Below the pieces are notes generated by a model, which worked only from the letters and a program-made list of their open reading frames with translations, was not told the DNA's origin and ran no database searches. DNA of 64,000 nucleotides from Candidatus Heimdallarchaeota archaeon (GTDB lineage: Archaea; Asgardarchaeota; Heimdallarchaeia; Heimdallarchaeales; Heimdallarchaeaceae), in the NCBI GenBank assembly GCA_030603365.1, contig JAUVXV010000005.1, positions 152,063 through 216,062 of the forward strand, given 5' to 3'. Below, in pieces: positions 50,497 to 58,851 of the stretch. A program made the translations under genes and the position numbers. Position 1 is the stretch's first letter; each line of letters begins with the position of its first letter.

Positions 50497-50553
50497 TTTA
50501 TAAAAGAATCAAACAATTGGAACAAAATTAGAAACTTGGATGCGTCCAAATTT
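50497..50553 (+). promoter_or_regulatory. TATA box and palindromic operator upstream of feoA (candidate metal-repressor site)
   Basis: TTTATAAA at about 50497; AAACTTGGATGCGTCCAAATTT at 50532..50553 (18/22 self-complementary). Confidence 0.6.
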
Positions 50554-50583
50554 TCATTATGTGGTTAGAAGTGGGTTATTATA

Positions 50584-50808
50584 TTGTCCAACAAGAAATA
50601 TCTAATTGATATGAAAGAAAAAAGTATCATTATTATTTCATCGATTCGCGCCGGACAAAAAGCTCACCGTTTTCTAGCTGAATTGGGAATTCATTCTGGT
50701 GAGAAAGTTAAAGTTGTGAAAAATGACTCAGGTCCAGTTATTTTAGAAGTTAAAGGTACTCGTGTAGCTATAGGTAGAGGATTAGCAGGAAAAATCGAAG
50801 TAAATTAG
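50584..50808 (+). CDS. feoA: Ferrous iron transport protein A
   Basis: LAELGIHSGEKVKVV...GPVILEVKGTRVAIGRGLAGKIEV. Confidence 0.92.
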   Translation: MSNKKYLIDMKEKSIIIISSIRAGQKAHRFLAELGIHSGEKVKVVKNDSGPVILEVKGTRVAIGRGLAGKIEVN

Positions 50809-50820
50809 GATTGATTTTCA

Positions 50821-53007
50821 GTGCCTAGAAAAGATCATCAACAACGTGGTAAAAGAAGATTCTATAGGAAAGGTAGAGGGCATTTTAAAGGTCAGAGTTG
50901 GCAATCTTTTAAAGAAGATTTTCGTATGCATTACAGAGTTAAGAGGAGGAAGCATTTCTTCCCTGATGAGCATACTATCGAACACACAATTGCTTTTCTA
51001 GGAAATCCAAACGTTGGAAAATCTTCGCTTTTTAATGTTTTGACTGGTTCTCATCAGCATATTGGAAACTGGCCAGGAAAGACTGTAGAAAGAAAAGAAG
51101 GTCATTTCATTCTCTCAGATGAGTATTTCTCTCTTGTTGATTTACCAGGTACTTATTCCCTAGCAGCTAGGTCCGAGGAAGAATTAGTTACTCGTCAATT
51201 TTTAGTTGAAGAAAAACCTGATCTTGTTTGTGTTATCGCTGATGCTACTAGATTGGAACGCACCTTATTTGTTGCTCTTCAAGCTATGGAATTGACAGAA
51301 AATGTTGCTATTATTATTAACATGAAGGATATTGCTGAGAAGGAATGTATAGATATTGACATAGCTCTACTTGAAGAGAAACTAGGAGTACCAATTCTAT
51401 ATGTTTGTGCTTATGAAACTAGTAGTATCATTAGAATCAAGAAGTTCCTCTATGATGCTTTGCATACTGTGAAGTATCAGTTTACTCCAGCAAAAGTTGT
51501 ATATTCTCCAAAAATTGAATTCATGATTAATAATATTTCTGAGCAAATAGAAGCTAGAGAAACTATGCTCGATTATCCTACTCGATGGCTAGCTTTCAAA
51601 ATCTTAGAAGGAGATAATCTTGTTAAAGATGAACTTTCCAAAGAATTTGATTTATCTAGTTTTGAAGAGAAAATAGATGACCTTGCTAGAACTGAAAGAT
51701 ACGATCCTGCAGTTGAGATTTCAAAACGAAAGTATAATGCACTGCACCAAGTAGTGTTTGAAGCAGTAGATGGTGCAGAAGGATTTGCAGAAACTTCGAG
51801 TGATAAAATAGATAGAGTCTTACTTCATAGAATATTGGGCTATCCAATACTTGTTGTTGTTTTTGCTACTTTCTTCCTAATTACTTTTTATGCTTCTACA
51901 CCATTAATCAACGGAATGGATTGGTTATTCAGTCAGTTCTCCTCATGGGTATCTAGCTCACTCGTTAGCATCAACTCACCACCATTTCTTACTAGTCTCT
52001 TAGTTGATGGAGTTATTACTGGAATTGCAGCTGTTCTCTTATTTATTCCAATCATACTGATTTTTTATGCTCTTATAGCAATTCTAGAAGATTCAGGTTA
52101 TCTAGCTCGTTCAGCATATCTTATGGATAAGGTGATGGGTAAATTCGGACTGCAAGGTTCTGCTTTTATGAGTCTAGTAATGGGTTTTGGTTGCAATGTC
52201 GCAGGTATAATGGCAACTAGAACAATAAAGAATAAACAAGAGAGAACAACTATGATAATTGCAAATTCATTTATTCCTTGTGCTGCGAGGTTAGGAGTCA
52301 TTGCTTTTCTTACAGGGATTTTCTTTCAACCTTGGCTTGCAGCTATTATCATGCTTTTGCTTTACACAACAAGTATACTTCTAGTTTTGGTTACTGCTTT
52401 TATTTTTAGACTGTTCTATGAACATGAAGACCCACTTCCGCTAATAATGGAACTTCCAGAATATCGACGTCCAAGATTCAGAAATGTAATAAATCTAACT
52501 TGGGAAAGAACTGGTATTTTCATTAAAAAGGCTGGAACTTTCATTTTTATAGCTTCAATAGTGATATGGTTCATCAGTAATGTTCCTTATGTAAAACCTA
52601 CAGAAAATCCGGTTTTACTCTATGTTGGAATGAGTCCAGTGATTGTAACAAAGATATCAATTGCTGAATTTCTAGGAAGAGGATTAGAAGTTATCACTCT
52701 TCCTCTTTTTGGATTTGATTGGAAAATGACTATTCCTTTAATATTTGGGATACCAGCAAAAGAAGCAGTAATTTCAGCTTTAAGTATACTGTACTCTGGA
52801 GGAATAACTAAAGCAGTATGGACTATACCTCAAGCTATTTCCTTCCTTTTGTTCCAATTAACATATGCACCATGTTTTGCCACTATAGCAACAATAAAAT
52901 CGGAAACAAGAAGTTGGAAATTGACAGCTATTGGATTCTTTTACCCACTTATAATTACGATAATTCTAACAATTATTGTTTTTCAAACATTAGCAGCTAT
53001 TATGTAA
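50821..53007 (+). CDS. feoB: Ferrous iron transport protein B
   Basis: GNPNVGKS, NWPGKTVE, DLPGTYSL, EDSGYLAR, GFGCNV, PCAAR, YAPCFAT. Confidence 0.97.
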   Translation: MPRKDHQQRGKRRFYRKGRGHFKGQSWQSFKEDFRMHYRVKRRKHFFPDEHTIEHTIAFLGNPNVGKSSLFNVLTGSHQHIGNWPGKTVERKEGHFILSDEYFSLVDLPGTYSLAARSEEELVTRQFLVEEKPDLVCVIADATRLERTLFVALQAMELTENVAIIINMKDIAEKECIDIDIALLEEKLGVPILYVCAYETSSIIRIKKFLYDALHTVKYQFTPAKVVYSPKIEFMINNISEQIEARETMLDYPTRWLAFKILEGDNLVKDELSKEFDLSSFEEKIDDLARTERYDPAVEISKRKYNALHQVVFEAVDGAEGFAETSSDKIDRVLLHRILGYPILVVVFATFFLITFYASTPLINGMDWLFSQFSSWVSSSLVSINSPPFLTSLLVDGVITGIAAVLLFIPIILIFYALIAILEDSGYLARSAYLMDKVMGKFGLQGSAFMSLVMGFGCNVAGIMATRTIKNKQERTTMIIANSFIPCAARLGVIAFLTGIFFQPWLAAIIMLLLYTTSILLVLVTAFIFRLFYEHEDPLPLIMELPEYRRPRFRNVINLTWERTGIFIKKAGTFIFIASIVIWFISNVPYVKPTENPVLLYVGMSPVIVTKISIAEFLGRGLEVITLPLFGFDWKMTIPLIFGIPAKEAVISALSILYSGGITKAVWTIPQAISFLLFQLTYAPCFATIATIKSETRSWKLTAIGFFYPLIITIILTIIVFQTLAAIM

Positions 53008-53017
53008 GGGTGAAACC

Positions 53018-53191
53018 ATGAATTCTTGTGATGATGAAACTGAAACTCTTTCGTTCTGGGTAAGATTTAGAAGGAGATTTGTTAGATTGTTCTTATCTCA
53101 AGGTAACTGCAGTGAATCTTGTGACGAATGCTCAAAGTGTCCTTGGATAGATAAAGAAAAATATTCTTTTGAAATAAAAAAAAGAGGATGA
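53018..53191 (+). CDS. Small Cys-rich Feo-associated (FeoC-like) protein, not in the ORF track
   Basis: MNSCDDETETLSFWVRFRRRFVRLFLSQGNCSESCDECSKCPWIDKEKYSFEIKKRG*; 10 nt after the feoB stop, GGTGA RBS-like motif. Confidence 0.7.
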   Translation: MNSCDDETETLSFWVRFRRRFVRLFLSQGNCSESCDECSKCPWIDKEKYSFEIKKRG

Positions 53192-53197
53192 AAGAGA

Positions 53198-54580
53198 TTA
53201 GTGTTCTGTTTTACTTGTAAATTTGAAACTCTTTGCCCTTATAGGTGCAACCATGCTTCCAATTCCCATCATTGAAGTAGGTTGTCTTATTTCTTTTCCA
53301 ACATCAATGTCTTTCAAGAATCTGGGGAGTTCATCAGTAAATCTCATGTTTTTGGCAGAACCAACTATTTCACCATTCTTAATGATGAATAATCCATCTT
53401 TTGACATACCTGTTATTGATCCTACAGGTGGATTAACAAAGTTAGTATAATGAAGATTTGTTACAAGCAATCCATCATCAACCTCAGCTATTAGTTCTTC
53501 TTTTGGTTTTAGTCCAGGTTTCATTACCATTGCAAATGGAAATCCTATAGTACGACCAAAGAAACTAAATCCACAACCTTTTGGCACAGCTCCTAATTTA
53601 GCAGCATGCAACCTTGAAAAAGCATAATTCTTCAAGATTCCATCTTCAATAACAGGGAAACTTTGAGTAGCCAATCCCTCATCATCAATAGGTCTTGCAC
53701 TTAGTAAATCTAAGTTGTGTGGATCATTGACGAGTGTCAAATCATCATCAAAAACTTGTTGTCCAATTCTGTCGTTTAAGAAACTTCTTCTGTTGATTAA
53801 CTGCATTGAAGATGTTGCCATAGCTGTCATCAAAACTAGTGTGAATGCTGCTTGATGATCAAATACTACCTCGTAATCTCCCGGTTCAATTGATACAGTT
53901 CCTAATCCCTTCACTGCACGTTCAGCTACTTCTTGGGATTCAGTTTCCATATCAAGTTTGTTAAAAATCCGACCACCAAAATCACTATTTGATCTGCTCT
54001 CTTCATCAGAATCTTGAGCGTGTATATTCAAAGTAGTTCCTATAATTGTAGAAGGATAAATAACTTCAACATCAGAAGAAGATGAATATATTCTGAACCC
54101 ATCAGATAACAAGAAATTACCAGAAACACCAGCTACTTTTTGATCAACAGCTTCTCCAGCAATAATTGCTCCATCTATTTTATCCACAATATCATCTGGC
54201 TGAAGATTTTGAGCACTCGGATCATTAAGTTGAAGATTGGGATACTCTTGCTTCTCCTTAAAGATTCCAGGATACATAGGATCTGGTGGAACTAATTTAG
54301 CTACCTTTGTAACGTATTCAGCAAGTTTTACTATGCTTTCTTTGGATAAATCATTAGTAACTGAAGTTGATTTTTGTTTATCATTGTAGACTACAGTGAG
54401 CTCAAAAGATCTCTTGAAGTCTACATAGTTTTGTAGAATTTCTGAATTGGAAAATCTTGTTGCATACTGTCTGGCTACATCTGCATTTACGAAAGCTTCT
54501 GCACCTAATTCTTTTACTCTTTTCAGAGCTAATTCAGCTAATTCGTGTAGTAGTTCTTTTTGTTGTTCTAAACTCATCAT
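53198..54580 (-). CDS. pmbA: TldE/PmbA family protein
   Basis: TRFSNSEI, IDDEG...IEDGILKNY; lacks HExxH; true start MMSLEQ at 54580, 2 nt after the tldD stop. Confidence 0.85.
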   Translation of the reverse strand: MMSLEQQKELLHELAELALKRVKELGAEAFVNADVARQYATRFSNSEILQNYVDFKRSFELTVVYNDKQKSTSVTNDLSKESIVKLAEYVTKVAKLVPPDPMYPGIFKEKQEYPNLQLNDPSAQNLQPDDIVDKIDGAIIAGEAVDQKVAGVSGNFLLSDGFRIYSSSSDVEVIYPSTIIGTTLNIHAQDSDEESRSNSDFGGRIFNKLDMETESQEVAERAVKGLGTVSIEPGDYEVVFDHQAAFTLVLMTAMATSSMQLINRRSFLNDRIGQQVFDDDLTLVNDPHNLDLLSARPIDDEGLATQSFPVIEDGILKNYAFSRLHAAKLGAVPKGCGFSFFGRTIGFPFAMVMKPGLKPKEELIAEVDDGLLVTNLHYTNFVNPPVGSITGMSKDGLFIIKNGEIVGSAKNMRFTDELPRFLKDIDVGKEIRQPTSMMGIGSMVAPIRAKSFKFTSKTEH

Positions 54581-54582
54581 AA

Positions 54583-56025
54583 TCACCCTGTAAAAATACT
54601 CACGTCCTTGAATCTCGAATGGGGTCCTCCATGAGAAACCCACATAGCCTGCATGTGTGGTGCGCCTTTTCCACAACTGGGTCCAAGTCCTTCTATAGCC
54701 CATTCTTTAGTCATCATGTCTAAACTTCCCCAGAATTCAGGAGTTGCAGCTTGATACAATGTGTTCTTGAGCGGACCAGTAATTTCTCCATTCTTTATCT
54801 CATAAGCTATTTGCACAGCAAATTGGAAATTTGTTCTTTTATCATCAATTGAGTGAGATTTCCAGCCAATACCATAGATTCCTTCATCAGTTTCTTCAAT
54901 TAAAGCATCAATATTTCTAGGTCCTTCTTTATCAGGTTCAAGATAGAGATTACTCATACGTACTAATGGAACTCTATTATAACGCGCAATTCGAGCATTT
55001 CCATTACTGTGATCTAGACCTACTATTTTTGCTGTTTGACGATCAGATTGATATCCTTTGAATATTCCTTCTCTTACTACATCAAATTTCTTAGTGGCTA
55101 CACCTTCATGATCATATTTCTCATGTCCTAAAACATAGGGCATAGTTGGATCACAAACAAGGTTAACTTTCTCAGAGCCATATTTGTAGTTGGAACCAAG
55201 CTTGTCTAAAGTTAGAAAACTAGTTCCAGCGAAATCAGCTTCCCAGCCAAGAACCCTATCTAGTTCAGAAGGATGACCAACGCTTTCATGGATTGTTAGA
55301 CCTAATTGAAACGGTTCTAAAATAAAGTTGGCTTTCTGAGGTTTAGGAGCTTTAGCTACAGTTGCAAGAATTACTGCTTCTTTAGCAATTTGATCTGAAG
55401 TTTTTTCAAAATCAAACTTTTCTATAAACTCATAACCTCTCATTTCAAATAATCCTTCATTTCTAGATTGATTATCTTCTGCAATGGCTATAACAGAAAC
55501 ATTTGCACCTGTAAACACTTCTTCTTGAGTAATCCTAGTGCCTTCGCTGTTGCCATAATCCAAATAGACATTGTAAAAAGCCATGCCATTGCTACGAGAT
55601 TTGATTATGTCTCCTTTTTCCATGATAATTTGATCTGATAATTTTAAAATCTCAATCTTATCTTCGAGTGGAATATCAAATGGATCTATTTTGAATGGTG
55701 TTTTGTATTTATCCTTTATTATCGGTTCTTCAGTTAGAACGATTGGATTTTTTTGAACTTTACTTGTTGCTTCTGCCTCTTTAATTGCTAAATTAGTAAT
55801 CTCATCGACATTGCTTTCATCAATTACAGCTGTTGAAGCAAATCCCCATGCTCCATTTTTGATAACTCGTATACCGTATCCTCTATCATCATAAATACCG
55901 CATGATTCAATTTGCCCATCTCTTGTTGAAATATTCTCATATTTGTAACCAAATACTCGTACTTCAGCAAAAGAAGCTCCTTTTAATTCAGCTTTGGATA
56001 TTGCATTTGCTATTAAATCATCCAT
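54583..56025 (-). CDS. tldD: TldD family metalloprotease
   Basis: IHESVGHPSELDR, YDHEG, RMSN, CGKG. Confidence 0.92.
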   Translation of the reverse strand: MDDLIANAISKAELKGASFAEVRVFGYKYENISTRDGQIESCGIYDDRGYGIRVIKNGAWGFASTAVIDESNVDEITNLAIKEAEATSKVQKNPIVLTEEPIIKDKYKTPFKIDPFDIPLEDKIEILKLSDQIIMEKGDIIKSRSNGMAFYNVYLDYGNSEGTRITQEEVFTGANVSVIAIAEDNQSRNEGLFEMRGYEFIEKFDFEKTSDQIAKEAVILATVAKAPKPQKANFILEPFQLGLTIHESVGHPSELDRVLGWEADFAGTSFLTLDKLGSNYKYGSEKVNLVCDPTMPYVLGHEKYDHEGVATKKFDVVREGIFKGYQSDRQTAKIVGLDHSNGNARIARYNRVPLVRMSNLYLEPDKEGPRNIDALIEETDEGIYGIGWKSHSIDDKRTNFQFAVQIAYEIKNGEITGPLKNTLYQAATPEFWGSLDMMTKEWAIEGLGPSCGKGAPHMQAMWVSHGGPHSRFKDVSIFTG

Positions 56026-56121
56026 TTAAATCAAGATAATTTTTCGTATCCATTTAAAATATTATCGTAACGAAGCTAGAGTGACTAATAATAATGAAGA
56101 AAAAGAAGAAAAGAATGAAAC

Positions 56122-56574
56122 TTATTTTCTATTTGTATGTCTTTTATGTATTCTCCACCCAAGTATCGAACCAGCTACAAGAAAGAACATCAATGGAATT
56201 GCTATTCCAAATTCAGGAATTGCTGGATCTTCCACAGTGATCTGGTTTTGATAACTTCCTGCAATATTACATGTAGCTTTGACCTTTATAATATCACTGT
56301 GAACAGCTGGAACATCGAATGTGTCTTCATGGTAAGCTGTTGTAGTCTGACTTGTATAACCTCGAGTAACATTTAGAACATCATTGACCCAAATTTCTAT
56401 AAGTTCGATGTAATGTGTATTAACATCACTCACACCATGATTGACTCTTACTGTAAGAACATCAGTAGCAAAATTATAGTCTAAAATCATATCTGAAGGA
56501 GAATGAGCTTCACTTAAACCTACAAAGAATATTGAGATACAGAAAAGCGCAATTACAAAAGTTTGTTTTTTCAT
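56122..56574 (-). CDS. Secreted superoxide-reductase/desulfoferrodoxin-like protein with PEFG-type anchor
   Basis: Signal peptide then HSPS; VNH...THYI..IEI...ATCNIAG; IPEFG-TM-basic tail. Confidence 0.6.
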   Translation of the reverse strand: MKKQTFVIALFCISIFFVGLSEAHSPSDMILDYNFATDVLTVRVNHGVSDVNTHYIELIEIWVNDVLNVTRGYTSQTTTAYHEDTFDVPAVHSDIIKVKATCNIAGSYQNQITVEDPAIPEFGIAIPLMFFLVAGSILGWRIHKRHTNRK

Positions 56575-56921
56575 TTTTATCAACAACTTTCCTAATTACT
56601 TCAAACACAATTTATAGTTATAAGTCCTACTAATTTTCCATTTTAAAGGATAGAGTGAATTTATTCACAATCTTAAATCATCCATAAAAACAAAGTTGGT
56701 GTTTCGTGTTAATTTAAGATTTTATATAAACGAAGCTGGGGGAGATTCTTATTAACTTATATTGCATGAAGAGATAGTGTAAACCTTGGATACAATCATT
56801 CTGAAACAAATCAAACTAACTGAAGCTGAAACATAGCTAATTTTATTAATAACTCTAATTTCAACAAAGTTTATTACCAATAATTGTCTACCATTATTGT
56901 TAGAGCAGTTGAAGTAAGAAA

Positions 56922-58568
56922 ATGCAAAGGAAAAATATTATTTACAATAAAATTATAGTCGGAATAGTTTTAGCTTTGGTAATTCTGTTTTCAATTAGAG
57001 TAGAGACTGAGTTAGATATAACACTTAACAATTATTATCATGTAACAAAGACTGATGTTCGTAATGTTCAAATTCCCATTTCCTTTGATTTTACACCTCA
57101 TGTTCCTATTGAAATCGTTTCTGATGACAATTTCACTGATTATGGCTTTCCTGGTTCAGGAAACACAACTCATCCTTACATTATTGAGAATTACATTATA
57201 ACTACTACAGATTATGCAGGGATTTATATTTCAGGAACAACAAAATATTTTCTTATACGTAACTGCTATGTAGATGCTGAATATAATAGCATTTACATTG
57301 AGAATGTTGCTGATGGAACAACTTCAATAATAAATAACATTTGTAACAATAATTCCATTGGTATCTATCTGAGGTATTCTTCTGGTTGTACTCTTACTAA
57401 CAACACCTGTAACAAAAGCTTTGACGGTATCTATCTCTATTCTTCTTCTGATTCAACGATAACTGAAAACACATGTAACAACAACTACGAATATGGTATC
57501 TATCTTTCTTCTTCTTCTGGTTCTACTCTGACTGATAACACTTGTACCTTCAATAACGGGCATGGTATAAGTCTAGAGGATTCTTCTGGTTCTACTCTGA
57601 CTGATAACACTTGTACCAACAACGCTTGGTCTGGTATAATTCTGGAGGGTTCTTCTGGTTCTACTCTGACTGATAACACTTGCATCAACAATAACAATGA
57701 TGGTATCACACTGATCTCTTCTGATTCTTGTCTTATTACTTACAATCTTTTACAAGAAAACGAAGAATATGGAATTTACTTAGGTTCTGGCTCTAGTAGC
57801 AATATTATCCATCATAACACCTTCATAGATAACAACATATCAGGAGCTTCTCAAGCAACAGATGAAGGAGAAAATAACAAATGGTATGATTCTGAAACAA
57901 AAGAAGGAAATTGGTGGTCAGATTTAGAAGCTTATTGTACTTATAACATTGACGGTACAACTAATTCTAAAGACAAATATCCCTTAAATAGAGCACAAAA
58001 TTGTCTTAATCCTGCTGTTATTTCCACAATTTCTATAGTTATTCCCGTACTTGTTAGTTTAGCGGTATTAGCTTTGGTTATACCAAAATATGGTGTTCCT
58101 TACACAAAAAAGACAGTGATTCCTTATTTACGTAAACGAAAAGCTGAAGCTGAAAGACAGCTTCTGAAAGCTAGTTTAATAACTTGCCCTAATTGTGGAA
58201 ACAATATTGAACTATCTTCACAATTCTGTGAAAAATGTGGAACAACTTCTCCAGAGATAAGAACAAGACTAATAGTCAGACATAAAAAACTAAAGAATTT
58301 GGAACTTGATGAATTGGAATCAAGAAGAGCTTCATTGAATCGTATTCAAATCTTTGCTGTAATCCTTTTTGTTGTTGCTATACTTGGAGGAGTACCTAGC
58401 GGGATTTTGCTAGGATTTGCATTGGGTTGGGGTGGTGATGTTGGATTAGGAATCTTTCTAGTAATTCTCTGTCTTGTTTTTATTATTTCAATTCCATTGA
58501 TTATTATATTTGTCATTAAACCTAATAAAAAAGCATTAAAAATTGAAATGATTAAAAGAATTCAATAA
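56922..58568 (+). CDS. Beta-helix ectodomain protein with TM, zinc ribbon and C-terminal 2-TM hairpin
   Basis: NNTC repeats; YPLNRAQNCLNP; TM; CPNC-x10-CEKC; two TM. Confidence 0.85.
   Translation: MQRKNIIYNKIIVGIVLALVILFSIRVETELDITLNNYYHVTKTDVRNVQIPISFDFTPHVPIEIVSDDNFTDYGFPGSGNTTHPYIIENYIITTTDYAGIYISGTTKYFLIRNCYVDAEYNSIYIENVADGTTSIINNICNNNSIGIYLRYSSGCTLTNNTCNKSFDGIYLYSSSDSTITENTCNNNYEYGIYLSSSSGSTLTDNTCTFNNGHGISLEDSSGSTLTDNTCTNNAWSGIILEGSSGSTLTDNTCINNNNDGITLISSDSCLITYNLLQENEEYGIYLGSGSSSNIIHHNTFIDNNISGASQATDEGENNKWYDSETKEGNWWSDLEAYCTYNIDGTTNSKDKYPLNRAQNCLNPAVISTISIVIPVLVSLAVLALVIPKYGVPYTKKTVIPYLRKRKAEAERQLLKASLITCPNCGNNIELSSQFCEKCGTTSPEIRTRLIVRHKKLKNLELDELESRRASLNRIQIFAVILFVVAILGGVPSGILLGFALGWGGDVGLGIFLVILCLVFIISIPLIIIFVIKPNKKALKIEMIKRIQ
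57512..57682 (+). repeat. Three identical 33-bp blocks at a 69-bp period inside the beta-helix gene
   Basis: TTCTTCTGGTTCTACTCTGACTGATAACACTTG at 57512, 57581 and 57650. Confidence 0.9.
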
Positions 58569-58666
58569 TTCATTTGAGAGTTTCTTGTGATTTTTTTTAA
58601 GTGTCCCTTTAGTACATACTTTTCTTATGTTAAGAGATATAATCTTGTTGTGGAAGATAAGATTCC

Positions 58667-58816
58667 ATGCATCGAGTATTTTTGATTTTGAGTAGCGCAG
58701 ATACAGTTGTTCACTGAGAATTGAGTTTTCCTTATTCATATAACTCTAAAATACACGGATTGATGGATCAGGTTAGAGTTATCCTGTGGGGTCCAACAGA
58801 AAAAATCGTTGTTGAA
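58667..58816 (+). pseudogene. Truncated 5' copy of the DsrE-family gene
   Basis: MHRVFLILSSADTVVH*ELSFPYSYNSKIHGLMDQVRVILWGPTEKIVVE matches 42/50 aa of 59915..60250; TGA at 58715. Confidence 0.9.
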
Positions 58817-58851
58817 GTGTATATAATGACATTAGGAAGGTTTTCCAATAA

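Noticed and set aside
57512-57682. CRISPR-like geometry (33-bp repeats, 36-bp spacers)
   Set aside because: The 69-bp period is in frame within a beta-helix CDS, the spacers are mutually homologous, and there are no cas genes
58715-58717. In-frame TGA in the DsrE copy as possible selenocysteine
   Set aside because: It aligns to Gln, not Cys, and the copy is truncated, so a pseudogene is more likely
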